Assembly (NCBI RefSeq): GCF_001194135.2
Contig: NC_068986.1
Coordinates: forward strand, 45,900,943-45,964,942
DNA: 64,000 nt
DNA from: Octopus bimaculoides
Taxonomy: Eukaryota
Direction of reading: 5' to 3'
In this document: piece by piece, positions 25,997 to 39,427 of the stretch
Position numbering within the stretch: position 1 is the stretch's first letter
How the letters are laid out: each line of letters opens with the position of its first letter
Notes under the pieces: generated by a model
The model's database searches: none
What the model was told of the DNA's origin: nothing
Seen by the model: the letters and a program-made list of their open reading frames with translations, nothing else
Made by a program: the position numbers and the translations under genes

Positions 25997-27544
25997 CTGA
26001 GAGAGAGTGAAACAACATAATACACATAACATGCAACATGCATTGTACATTCAATATTACTTTGTTGAAACTCGTATTTCTATGAAAGATTTTGAAGTAT
26101 TTTGTAAATCTTGCATTAGTTATGAAAACCTAAATAAAATTTACGATATATATCAGCCTCTTCATAAAATAATTGTTTCTAATTTAGGCAAAAGGCTGAC
26201 AATTTTGTTGGGCGGAGATTAGTTGATACCACTGACTTCATTGCTGCTAGACTGGAAATTATTTTATTGACTCTGAAAAGATTGAAGGCAAAAGTGACCT
26301 TGGCAGGATTTGAACTCAAATATCACAAAGCATTTTATCTACTGCTCAAACAATTCCACCAATCCATCATCCCCTAATTCTGCTGTATTATAGTAATATA
26401 AACTTTATATTTTATGGATCTACCACTCTCTCTCTCTTTATGTATATATATATTCAGAAGCTGATGATTTACACCATTGCCACTGAAAGATTTATTGAAA
26501 ATAATTATTTATATTCTGTTACTATTTCAGTTTTCATTCACTGAGGGCTTAGACCATATCAGGGCACTACCATCCAAAGACTGGAAGTTATAAATTAAAT
26601 AACTTATCTCACAAATTGAGTTATATATAATTTTCCAGTCAGATCTGGTATATAACTGACTAAAAGTTTCTAGTAAATCATAATCGTCAATATTCTGATA
26701 TGAAGCATGCTTTTGAAACTGTAAGCTGATAACATGATATCAATTTATCAGATGATACACAGCTCTAAATATCAAGTGACACATACTGAAATAGCAGAAG
26801 AAGCCATAAAATAGTATTTAAAAACTGATAAACTTCAGCTTTTTTGACAGATATACAACTTCAATTATTAAAATAGGTCACAAATAGAAAACATTTTTAA
26901 CTATAATTTTTGGATAATAAAATGATAATTTTTCAGACTGTTAATTGATTTTATCTTTACAGATGATCATTTTCAATATTATGCACTAAGCCTTATGTGA
27001 CAGTAGCTTAGTGGGTAAGAACATTATTGTCATAATTTAGAAATAATAGTTCCTAGTTCAAATCTTGTCCAATACTATGTACTATGTACACATCAATAAA
27101 GAGAGAGGTGATAATGATTGGAAGTCAAACTGATCATTGTGTATTAACAACTAATTTTAGAGATATGGACATAGATGCAGACAAGGCTGTATGGTTAAGA
27201 AATGCATTTCACAATCCAGTGGTTCTGACTTAGAACTCACTATGTGCTTCAGCAAATGTTTTCTAGGCTATGCTAAAGTTGACCAACAGTGTGAGTAAAA
27301 TTTGATAAATGGAAACTGCGTAGAAGCCCATTACACACACATATGGATGAATGTGTGTGTGTGTATGCATGTGTCTGAGTGTAACTGCAAATATATATCA
27401 TTATCATCATCATCATCATTTAGCATCTGCTTTCTATGCTGGCATGAGTAAGATGGTTTGACTGGAACTGGTAAGCTGGAGAGCTGCACCAATTTCCAGT
27501 TTGATTTGGCATGGTTTCTACAGCTGGATGCCCTTCCTAATGCC

Positions 27545-27575
<31 letters not shown>

Positions 27576-27620
27576 ATGTATGTATGTATGCGTGTGGACA
27601 TGCGCATATGTATGTATATA

Positions 27621-27736
27621 TAAAATTAGCATTAAGCATCAGGGCGTTCATATGCCATACCTGTTAGAAATAAGAGTTAAAACCCCAGATTAATGGGCAT
27701 GGCATATGAACGCCCTGATGCTTAATGCTAATTTTA
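27621..27736. repeat. Perfect 38-bp inverted repeat with 40-nt spacer (foldback/MITE)
   Basis: 27621-27658 TAAAATTAGCATTAAGCATCAGGGCGTTCATATGCCAT is the exact reverse complement of 27699-27736. Confidence 0.95.
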
Positions 27737-27883
27737 AAATTTTATAGCTATTTAACACTATTCAATACCTCTATATTATCATTGCAGATTTTATTGATGA
27801 CTGATATATACCATAGCTAATATTAGCAATAATAATATCGTTATGAATATTTTATTCATTATGGATATATATATTTAGGTTGG

Positions 27884-28274
27884 GTGGAGGCACAATGGCC
27901 CAGTGGTTAGGGCAGTGGACTCGTGGTCATAGAATCGCGGTTTTGATTCCCAGACCGGGCGTTGTGAGTGTTTATTGAGCAAAAACACCTAAAGCTCCAC
28001 GAGGCTCCGGCAGGGGGTGGTGGCGAACCCTGCTGTACTCTTTCCCCACAACTTTCGCTCACTCTTACTTCCTGTTTCTGTTGTGCCTGTAATTCAAAAG
28101 GGTCAGCCTTGTCACACTGTATCACGCTGAATATCCTCGAGAGCTACGTTTAGGGTGCATGTGTCTGTGGAGTGCTCAGCCACTTGCACATTAATTTCAT
28201 GAGCGGGTTGTTCCGTTGATCAGATCAACTGGAACCCTCAATGTCATAAGCGATGGAATGCCAACAACAACAAC
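27884..28274 (+). mobile_element. Young full-length tRNA-derived SINE with (CAA)n tail
   Basis: A box TGGCCCAGTGG, B-box-like GGTTTTGATTCCC, (CAA)n tail, 11-bp TSD ATTTAGGTTGG (27873-27883 / 28275-28285). Confidence 0.9.
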
Positions 28275-28279
28275 ATTTA

Positions 28280-28425
28280 GGTTGGACCAAAATATCTCAA
28301 GATATTTTTGCTGACAGTATCAATTTTATTACCCTCAGTATGTATATTTATATATATATATATATATTGAGTGTAATGAAATTGATATTGTCAGCAAAAA
28401 TATTTTGAGGTATTTAGGTCCAACC
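28280..28425. mobile_element. Foldback MITE: ~58-bp imperfect inverted arms around a (TA)n spacer
   Basis: 28280-28337 ggttggaccaaaatatctcaagatatttttgctgac... pairs with 28368-28425; terminus TAGGTTGG is mariner-like (inference). Confidence 0.75.
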
Positions 28426-31193
28426 AAGTTATCTTCCCTTAAACTAAAGTCAGCTTTGTCTTTGTTTTAAATGAAATCAATAAAATAAGTATGAGACAAC
28501 TTACTGGGGTTAATATAATTCACTATAACCTTTAAAGGCAATGACCCAGCATGGCATAATCCTCAAAGGTTATAACAAGACTAACCGAATATCATTTTTG
28601 ATTGTTTGTATTTAATCACCTTTGGGTATGAAAAATACCTTTTTTTTTTTAGGGTAGTTTTCATCATCAAAATTATCAATTTACATTAGATAAATCAAAT
28701 AATCTTTCATATGATACAAGCAACAACAAAAGAGAAAATAAGGACTTAAATGCAAAATGAAGAACAAAAAATAACAATGGAATGTTAACTGCAAAAATGT
28801 AGAACAGAAAACTACATTGTGAAAGTAGATAAACAAAATATAAGCAAAGAAAGTGGATACATTTTATGAAATATTGAAAATGCTGGAGATTTTGAGGGAA
28901 ATAAAATGAAAAAGCATGCTGGTCAAGCAACAGAGGGAGTAATATTCAAAGGAATGTTCAAAATAACCCCAACCCGTTATTATAAAAATGACCAAAATTG
29001 TTAAAAATATATATTTAAAANNNNNNNNNNNNNNNNNNNNNNNNNNNNNNNNNNNNNNNNNNNNNNNNNNNNNNNNNNNNNNNNNNNNNNNNNNNNNNNN
29101 NNNNNNNNNNNNNNNTATATATATAAACTTTGCTTTCTATAAGGATATATATAAATGTATAAATCATTCTTTTTTGCCTGCCTACATGCAAAATTATAGA
29201 AATCTAAACATGCTCAACTATTTACTAAATAAATAAGAAGCCCTTTTAATTAAATTGAGTTGCAAAAATAGAATCTATCTAATAATCATTTTAGAAATGG
29301 AATGTTAATAAAGAAATTAAATATTTGAATTCAGTTACAGAGAATGTTCTCTCTAAAATGCTTTCAAGGTTTGAGATTTCACAATCTCACCAATAATATA
29401 ATTCTAAAAATGGAAATAACAAAATACAGGAAAGGTAACTGGATATAAGAGACATCTCAAAGTGCAAATTTGCATGTAAAAATATGAAAGAAATCTTGTC
29501 AAACTGTGCTTCATATACTTTGAGAATAAATAAATCATGAAAGGATTTTGAAAATGCTTCAGAGAAAAAGATTTTGTTCAATAGAAAGGAAACTAATAAT
29601 CAAAATCTTAAAGCCTGTAGAATAATAAATTGGCAAATGTAGATATGTATGTAAATAATTATGAGACTATAAGGAATGTTTACCATCTATACAGAATTTC
29701 TACCAACTGATATGAATAATGATTATAACAATTTCCTAATAAGTAGTCTATACAAATCACACATAATAATTGTAGTAAAATCAGGTGCTCATGACATACT
29801 TTGAATTTTAATTGAAAATTTTCATCTTGTCCTTATTACCATCATTATATCAATTACTATTGTGTAAATATGTTTATACACACACACAGGTGCATTTTTA
29901 TATGTAGATGTATGATGGGAGTAGAAATTGCATCTAAGCACAGGAAAAAAACTTTTAGTCATTAATATAAAAATATTCAAATTATAAAATTCTGAAAGTT
30001 ATCTCACTCACAAAAAAAGACATGCAAAATAATTACATACATACACAACCACAAATGCATACTCAAACACACACACTCACACAGTGTCTATATTATTATT
30101 TTACATAAAACTGCCACATTAGGAAATTTTCTCAGTCCACTGTCAACAAGAGATACAATGATTTTGTCATCTCTTCCTCTATTGATATCAGGGACTGTCA
30201 GGTTTCTTTTAGTTCCTAAACAGCACATGTTTTTCTCTCCTGTTGTCCATGCATCGATGATATCAAACTGGATATGACTGTAACCATTTCAACCAAGCAA
30301 CAATTATTTTGCTTTGTTACTTGCTAATCATTTGTTTTTCTCTCACATGCCTCTTCCTTGTCCATAATGAAACATTCTGTACTTTCTCCTCTAGTTTGCA
30401 TATCATTACTCTGCTATCATTCAGTGTAAGTCTGACACATTGTGGATCAAACAACATACAACATTCCACCTTCACTGGAAGTACTGTTCACTGACATTTT
30501 CCCACCTCACACAAATAATCAGCTCACAACTAAACAATTTGCAATATAAAAACTCAAATTTCAAAGTAGTTATGTGTTTAGATCTTTCTGGAATTCATTA
30601 ATCATACACACTTTTAATTTGAAAATATGTATGAGCACTGCTACTTACTATCCTCTTAGAAACCCTGCATCTAACCTAGGAGACTATGCTTTCCAGATAT
30701 CAAATCTTAGAATAATTCCTGAATGATTGCGTTACATGAAATCCTGAATAACATTCTTACAATATTGTTTACACCAATTATAATTTTGTAATGCTAAATA
30801 ATCATTATTCATTTCATTCAAACAAATCTAGAATATAAGACTTCTATCAAGAATGAGGGTGAGTAACAGTTAAGCTTGTGTTCTTGCCATGATCTAGCAG
30901 TATAATGGATCCTTTTAGTGATGCAAAGTTATTAGAAATTGAAAATGAGTTCAGAGGAAGGTAATTTTTTTTTTATAAGCCCATTATATTCATAGTTAAC
31001 AGAACAGTATTTTATCTTCTGATGATATTGGATTAAATTTGTATTACCACAATTGTGCAAACCTATATGATCCCACTGAGTAAAGGGTATTAAAAGAATA
31101 TGATTTCAAGAGAATAAAGAACATCAACATGGAGAACAGGAATATATTAAAAGAGAGTGTGCAATGCATATAGTCATAGAGATTCACATGCTA

Positions 31194-31300
<107 letters not shown>

Positions 31301-31392
31301 GATGAAAAAACACATACAAGTTTTATAGAGAGTGGGATGCTTTATATGTAAAATTATGGATATGGTTTTCCCATTTCATAACATGTATTTAC

Positions 31393-31539
31393 CTTCACGG
31401 CAACACTTAGCAAATGTTGCCCGCTTATGGCAATAACTTCCTGCAGGACAAATGTTTTTATCATCATAACAATAGTATTCCTGGCCCGTCAGGGGGTTGA
31501 CAAGCGGCATGTTCCCATCACAAGGTTCTTCTTCCAGAT
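31393..31539 (-). CDS. AGRN: Agrin exon: lustrin/WR1-like cysteine-rich module (LEEEPCDGNMPLVNPLTGQEYYCYDDKNICPAGSYCHKRATFAKCCRE)
   Basis: cttttatcag acceptor, gtaaat donor; 147 nt, phase 1->1; six Cys in C..G.PL...C...CP.GSYC...CC spacing; within ORF 31376..31642. Confidence 0.85.
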
Positions 31540-33153
31540 CTGATAAAAGAAATAAAATGTCAATGAAATTGTATATCAGTGGAGAGATCAGAGTAAATAA
31601 AAAATAAAGAAGCTGTTTCAGAAACTGAAAAATATCTAACAACTATAGGAGTTCAGAATGTATTGCAAGCATCTACAATGATCATTACATTATGTCTGGC
31701 TATAGTACCATCTCTCCTTTATGCAGAGATGATACCGTGACCAATGTGAGTTATCCAAGGCATATTTATCACTGGTTTAAAACTAATTATGCCTGGATTA
31801 ACTGTTATAGTATACAGATTAATTTATTTAAACAGGAAGATCTAAACCTGACCTGCAAAGTTTTGGAGATAATAAGAGTTCTTGATATGAAAACGTATCA
31901 TGGTAAATGAAAGGTCGGAACAAAATATATCAGTTTAGATAGATATTGTATTAATCTCAGACACTGATTTAAATGCAATTTTAAGAGGTACTCTCTTCAA
32001 TTATGAAAGAGCATACCATCAAATTAATCACTGAATTCATATCCTGTGTTTATTGTTCTTATATTTGATCAATATTTTAGTATATACTAAAATTTATTCA
32101 TTATAGTAGTCATTACTCATTTCAAAAGTTAATTAAATTCCATTATTAGTGTAATCTAGAAAAAATATAGTTTTTCTAAAGTTCTGATCAATTAACACCT
32201 AAAAAATTATGAAGACACACAAAAGAACTGTTTTAACTCAACTGTTATTTCTATTACAAATAGTTAAGAAACATACACATATTTACATAAAAAAAAACAA
32301 CATCCCTACAGGTGAAAAGAATGCAAAATTAGAGCATCTTTTTCACCTTATATTTAAGACAATTTTTCTGATATTGATGAACAAACAAATGAAGACATTG
32401 TAAGGAAGAGAGGGCTCATTTGTGCTTATGAAAATAAGGCAACCACTTTAATAATGGTGCCATGATAAAATGTACTTAACACACTTTGTTAAGTGTTTGA
32501 GTATAGGAAGGGTATCCCAGACATAGAAACTATGCTAAAAAACAGAATGTATGAGTGAGCAAGACATGGTCCCTAATCTGCCAAGGAAGGCAGTTACTCT
32601 GAAACTTGGACTGTAACAAACTGTCCAATTTATACCAGCATGAGAAGGCAGATATGAAAGAATGATGATGATGATGATGAGTATATCTATAATGAATTCT
32701 TTAAAATAAGACCAACCATACTCTCAGCAGCATGGTTGGTCTTATTTTATCAATCCTAAAGGCAACAAATGATGAATTGGCATAGGTAACGATTATAATT
32801 CTAATTACTGCTTACTATTACTTGAACTGATGAACAAAATAATGAAACTGAATAATTAAAATAAAATTAACTGAATTCCTCATCTTATCTCAGAGTTATT
32901 ACTAATGAAAATACAGGCTGCCTAATATCGTTAAAATCCTTGCAACTTATTTCAGGTGTTTTATGGTTGTATAGATTCCCAATATTAATTCTGTGATTTT
33001 GTAGCTGTAATAGTAATAATGATAATAATTTCAAATTTTGAACTCAGAATGTGAAGATGGACAAAATGCACCTAAACATTATGCCTGATGCAATAATGAT
33101 TTTTCTAACTTTCTGCCTTAATATTAATAATGATGATAATGATGGTGATGATA

Positions 33154-33538
33154 GTGGAGGCGCAATGGCCCAGTGGTTAGGGCAGCGGACTCGCGGTCAT
33201 AGGATCGCAGTTTCGATTCCCAGCCCGGGTGTTGTGAGTGTTTATTGAGTGAAAACACCTAAAGCTCCACGAGGCTCTGGCAGGGGATGGTGGCGAACCT
33301 TGCTGTACTCTTCCACCACAACTTTCTCTTACTTCCTGTTTCTGTTGTGCCTGTAATTCAAAGGGTCAGCCTTGTCACACTGTGTCATGCTGAATATCCC
33401 CGAGAACTATGTTAAGGGTACATGTGTCTGTGGAGTGCTCAGCTACTTGCACGTTAATTTCACAAGCAGGCTGTTCCGTTGATCGGATCAACTGGAACCC
33501 TCGACGTCGTAAGCGATGGAGTGCCAACAACAACAACA
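33154..33538 (+). mobile_element. Young full-length tRNA-derived SINE, same family as 27884-28274
   Basis: A box TGGCCCAGTGG, B box GTTTCGATTCC, (CAA)n tail, 9-bp TSD GTGATGATA (33145-33153 / 33539-33547). Confidence 0.9.
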
Positions 33539-33825
33539 GTGATGATAATAAGATCATTGCATACAGTGCTCAAGTGCACTATAACTCATTAGAAAAGATT
33601 AAAGGAAGGATCAGAAAACAACAATAAACCAAGTAAAGGAGAACAGCAATGATAGCCAAAAGTACATGCATAGTACACAAGATTAAACTCGAGACAGAGA
33701 AGTGAATGGTAAAAGAACCTGAAAGAGAAAAGGGTGCATAGACTCATCAAGTCCGTAAAATTAGAGATCTATGTATAATTCAAATATTATTACTATCAGA
33801 ATTTAAAATTGAACAGAACACTAAC

Positions 33826-33938
33826 CTTCACAGTTTTCAGAAGCTACAGCAGTAATTTCCTGTTGTTGGTAGCAGGACTCTAATTTCATCATACAGTCAT
33901 TACCATAGGTTTTCCCATCAGAACCACAAACAATTGAT
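33826..33938 (-). CDS. AGRN: Agrin exon: Kazal half (SIVCGSDGKTYGNDCMMKLESCYQQQEITAVASENCE)
   Basis: ctgtcactttag acceptor, gttagt donor; 113 nt, phase 2->1; VCGSDGKTYGN motif. Confidence 0.94.
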
Positions 33939-34490
33939 CTAAAGTGACAGAAAAATGGAATTTTATTGTCAATGAAAAAGAAATTTATCAAATAAGATAA
34001 ATATTCCTTGACTTATGCTGTATAAAAAACAATTTATGACATTGTTGCTGAATGGCATGATTTCATCTGTAACTAGTTTAATGTTAGGCAATGGAATTCT
34101 AAGAAGAAGCATTTATCAAAACAGGTCTTAGATAATTAATTTATTGATTTTTAAAAGAGCTAATGGATAGTGTGTCAAGCTGATTTATAAGTGTTATGAT
34201 AATATAGACAAACTATGTGCTCTTTGTTTTTGCTTTAAACCTTTATTAAAATTTTTTTGTGGACAGGAGATATTTACTGTAGAAATAATACTATAAATAA
34301 TAAATGGTAAATATAACTGTCTGCTACTCTGTATCATCGTGTTCACGAATTTGTTATTCTAGAAATCAGTTGGTTATATTAGTTAACATGTTCAGTCAGC
34401 TTCATTTTAATGCAGTCTCTCATTTCACTTCACAAGTTTTGTGTATTGTTCCATCTCTTTCTATTCTGCTATCACTCTGCTTCAGTTGAA

Positions 34491-34713
34491 TTAATCCTTT
34501 AACATTTAAACCAGTCATATCAAGCCAAAATATTCCGCCTGTTTTATATTTGAACTGGTCAGCTCTATCCTCTCACACCTACCCTACAATGTCATTGTAA
34601 AAATATACAATCATATCATCAAAATCTTAAAACTATAAGATAATGCATAATTATTTCACAACAATGCGAATAAATAAGCATTTAACAGAATAATCTGAAT
34701 GCTAAAGGGGTAA
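34491..34713. mobile_element. piggyBac-like (TTAA) MITE, second copy
   Basis: TTAA-TCCTTT...AAAGGG-GTAA; internal sequence homologous to 3301-3524. Confidence 0.65.
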
Positions 34714-35394
34714 ATATAACTTTAGTCATTCACTTATAAAATATTTTACAAATATACTGGTTTCCAAATATCATTATCATCCCCATCTGTGTTGTATTAT
34801 CGTTTTCATCATTGTTACTATTGTCAACATAATCTTACATCCATTTTTCTATGGGTTGGATGGGTCTCATCAATGATCATGATCTGTACCACCTGACACA
34901 CCCAACAACAACAAAAAATACCCCAGCCAACTTTATGGTTGAATGTCTTACAGTATGAACTAGATGCTTTTTTCATGTCACCAGCACTGAAGAGATTGTT
35001 CCATACTGGAGTCATTTTAGCTCTGTTATTCAGAAATACCTTCTGCCTAGATGAGTAGCCTGCAATGAGTAGTTCACCTCTCATGTTCATGCTTCATCTT
35101 TTGATCATGATTTCTACAGCTAAATATTTTCCTATCAGTAATCACATTACAAAGTGTACAGGATGCATTTTTCATACCATTTCAAGCCGTTTTCATGCAT
35201 TAAAAAAGTTACAACATGTGAGAAGAATAAAAAGACCTCCTCTAATCTATAGCAATTCTTATTTGGAGTTGTATCTTCTTAGGTCAAAGACATTTAGATA
35301 ATACTCCCTTATAAAACATGTTTAGTCTTTATCTGCAGCCTATTAGGTATAATAGCAATTTTTTGAATTATAACAACTAATGTATTTCCAATCT

Positions 35395-35458
<64 letters not shown>

Positions 35459-37301
35459 CAACACAATCAACTTCTTGCAAGTTTCCACTTCATATGAACT
35501 CCAACAAATATCTAAACCTGTAAAAACATAAATTGTTTTCTATGTAATTTGCTTGTAATGGTGTTATGATTCTGCATTTTGTATCTGGAGTAATTAGATC
35601 AGTTGCAAATAACATAATGTTGAAAATTAGAAAAGAGAATATTTTTGGATGATATTTAACACTATTTATAATTTAAAGGTCATTCCTTCTGTTTTAAATC
35701 TAATTTTTTGTTGTTGCTTTTAACATTGATGAAATACAATTTGCAAATCTGAACAAATAATTCTATTGATAGACATATTTTCTACTCTTAAATGCTAAGT
35801 TAGGAGGTACAGGTGTGTCAGTTGCTGGCAAGATAGATTAAATGTGTTATTTCCGGAGACAAAATACAGTAGCTCTGGCAAAGTTTAATTTCATAGCCAT
35901 GTGTTCTAATAACACGAGCCTGCAAATTGTATTGGTTTTTATTTCTTTTTGTTAATTAGACACTAGCAAAGGCTAGCACCAATGAGCTTTGCATGCTCAG
36001 TCAGACTGGTGAGACTGGTACAGCTAATACCCTGCCCAAATTAATGACAACAAGAAAAATATAAGAGTTGAGGAAACTGGAGTGTTTGTATTTGGTCTGA
36101 AATCTTGCAAAAGAATGAACTCTGCTATAAGAATCTATGGACGAAGTAGTTGTGTTAAACTGGGTGGTTTGATAGGCATAAGCCAAATATTTTCATGTGA
36201 GATCAATATGTCAATTAGCTGATTAGTCACTCATACATTCCTCTAAAAAATCTTAAGACAATTAGAAATTTCCTCTTTGTAATAAACATCAAATTTTTGG
36301 TAAATTTGTCCATAGGCCTTACTTTTCAACCATATGTAAAGAACATTACTTTTCAGCCATGTGATTTTGGGTTCAGTCCCACCATGTAATGCCTTGGAAA
36401 GTCACTTCTAGTATATCCTTGACTCAACCAATGTCTTGTGAGGGAATTTGATTGATGGAAGCCTATCATATATAATGCGTATATGTGAGCATGAGTGTAA
36501 GTATGCATGTGTGTGTGTGATCATTTTTCAGTTTGTCCCCCTTTACTGCTTAATAACCAGTGTAGGTTGTTTAAACAGTTTGAGTAGTTCATCAAAAGTG
36601 ATAGAATTAATATCAAACTCGAAAAAAAAAAAAAAAACTTATTAGGGTTGATTTGTTCAGTTAAATCTTTCAAGGCAATGCCTCTGTCATAGTCACACTA
36701 TGAAAACTGAAACAAGTAAATGAGAAAAGGTAAATTACAAAAGGGAACTTTGCAGTTCCTTCCTCATCTCAATTTTCTTTAAAAAAACTATGTTCTTATT
36801 GTAAATTCATCAATATTGTTGCTTTCATCTTTATTATCCACCTCTTTTTCCTTTTCATTGTATTTTAATACTTGTATTTTTATATTTTTATATGTTAGAT
36901 GGGTGTATAATGCAATATGTAAACACTTATCTTCATCATGCAGCATCTTTTCTATTGAGACTAATGTATTAACATCTGACTAGACAAATTCCACCTGAAA
37001 TATTTATGGACCTCCTGCTAACATAAGCTTTTTGTTTTCCAATACACAGCATTTTTCTTATCAATTAATGGTTGTAAGAACAGACACTTAAGAAGAAACT
37101 ATAGTCAGAAAGTGTGGAATGATTTATCTGCAAATCTTTTCAGGAAGACTGTATTATAAAACCAGGTGGGCTGATATCAAAAAGGGTTAAAACCCTTTCA
37201 TATGTAACTGTCCTTATTTAAAGATCCTGAGTTTTGTTGTTAAAAGGAATGTGCCTATATTTGAAAGAAGATTTTGGGAGAAATTGTGAAACGAGTCTTA
37301 C

Positions 37302-37422
37302 CTGATTGCGTCACAGATATTCTTGCATGTACAGTGGTAATTACTACCTTCAGACAATTCACAAGTACCACCGAATTTACACGAAGTTTCATCACAGATT
37401 GAGCCACTTCCAGAACCCTCTA
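37302..37422 (-). CDS. AGRN: Agrin exon: second SGSG plus follistatin N-half (EGSGSGSICDETSCKFGGTCELSEGSNYHCTCKNICDAI)
   Basis: ttttttattcag acceptor, gtaaga donor; 121 nt, phase 1->2. Confidence 0.92.
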
Positions 37423-38739
37423 CTGAATAAAAAATCATAAAAATCTCATATGAAAATCTTTAACTGTTGGTGTTAGGATCTTCTTATATATCTTAATAAT
37501 TTTTTTGCAATAATTTTAATTGCACAAATACAATTGGATACATCCTCATTGGTAAGATTGCTCATATTCATTGTAAAATACACTTCTAGAAGTAGGATGT
37601 ATTAATCTGCTTGCTTAAGAAAGAAGTTATGACTTCCAATTCATGTAAAGACTGTGCTCACACTCAATTTACATGTATTTCAAGGTTGAAAATAAGCATA
37701 GAAAGAAAAGATTTCTGATACTATAATAATGAAAGTAAAAATTTTAGTTTTGTTGACTACTTGAGGTTTAGATTCAAGAAATATTATCCAAAAAATATTG
37801 CTTAAAATCTCAATATTTGTATGCAACAAGGATTCTGCTTAAACAATTGACAAGGGTTTTGCTTATTATTACCAGATGGAAAATGGGGACAGAAAAATAG
37901 CCACGAGATAAAATTCTGTATATAGTTAAAAAGCTTTATAATAGTGAAAACGGTAAAGACAAGCCTAAGTTATGTAAAAAATTGGACATGGGAAGTTTTG
38001 GTATTAATGCTTTTTCAAGGTTACTAGCAAAGACAGTGAAATGGTTCCAAATGAAAATTCAAACCACATTGTAATCTTGATTCCTCCATAAATTATGTCC
38101 ATACTATAGAACTCATAAAAAAGAAAAATATGAAGTTGATAACACTTGAAATGAAAAGTAGAGAGGTTTATATTTTCTTAAAATTAAAGTTGATAAAATT
38201 TTGATTATTAAAATAAATAAAAATCAAAGAAAATCACTGCAATTGAGTAATAAAAATAATCATCCTTTCTACTATAGGTGCATAGTCTGAAATTTTTGGG
38301 GGAGTAATATAGTCAATTACATCAACCCCAGCACTTGGCTGGAACTTATTTTATTGACCCAGAAAGGATGAAAAGTAAAGTCAACACCAGCGGAATTTCA
38401 GCAAATAATAATTGTAGTAGTAGTAGTAGTAGTAGTAGTAATAGGTTCCTTAATGTCTCTGGTTGAAACTAGGGCGCAGCTTGAATAAATTAATGCAAAG
38501 GCACAACAACAACAACAACAACAATAATAATAATAATAAAATCTCAGCACTGACTGAAAAACATGAGACTCAAAGAAGAGAGTGAAAATTCTTAATTGCA
38601 GCACAAAATCAAATCCACCCATCACTTTCACCACCCAACACTATCACCTCACTACTCCATCCCCCCCCCCCAAAAAAAAAAACCACACAGAATGAAACAC
38701 AGTACAATTAGTAACTGCAAAATATATAGTGATGGAGAA

Positions 38740-39080
38740 AGAAAGAATAAATCATAATTATCTCTGCCCATGCAATCTTGTCCAAGAAGGAATATATCCA
38801 CAGACATGACAGAGATTCACATACATGTGTCAACACTATGGAATGCTAACAGCGAAAAGATAATATAAGCATAACTCAGAAAAGGTGTCAGATAATAACA
38901 AAGCAATTATACTTTGGGAGATGTAAATATACTCAGATAAAGATATCAAGGATATTTGACCAGATGTTGTCGAGGATACCAAGAAAAAAAAAAATCTCCA
39001 AATCGACGTATCATTCCTATCTGAAAGAAGCCTATTGAAATACAAAGATAAGGAAATAGAAATGACCTGAGTGTCTATCT
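38740..39080 (+). mobile_element. R4-clade (RLE) non-LTR retrotransposon fragment
   Basis: Decayed peptide INHII..CP.L.KKEYIHRHDR...EKVSDNNKAIILWEM...PDVV...IDVS resembles the zinc knuckle end plus PD-(D/E)XK endonuclease. Confidence 0.6.
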
Positions 39081-39331
39081 TAAAAAACAATCCCTATGGC
39101 AACAAGTACTTTAGGTATGGTATAAAAATATGACAAATACTAAACCAAAACCCCAGGACTTACAAATATATATAGCATACAGTAAATAGCACTACAAGGC
39201 AGTGAACATGTCTTATATAGAGCTCTTTCAATACAGTAAAAAATAACACAAAACAAATAACAGCACATACCTAAAATACATAGTGCTGCACTTCATAGTA
39301 CGGTGAAACCATACAGTAAAAATGAAACTAT

Positions 39332-39333
<2 letters not shown>

Positions 39334-39392
<59 letters not shown>

Positions 39393-39427
39393 TAATTATA
39401 ATAATGGTAGTAATTATAATAATAATT
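39334..39427. repeat. (AAT)n microsatellite
   Basis: Pure AAT run 39334-39390, then degenerate. Confidence 0.95.

Noticed and set aside
27884-27960. tRNA genes at SINE heads (also 33154-33230)
   Set aside because: A/B boxes run directly into a 300-bp SINE body with tail and TSD; no complete cloverleaf
32824-32850. CTGATGA...GAAAC hammerhead-like match
   Set aside because: No stem II, I or III pairing; chance match in an AT-rich SINE tail
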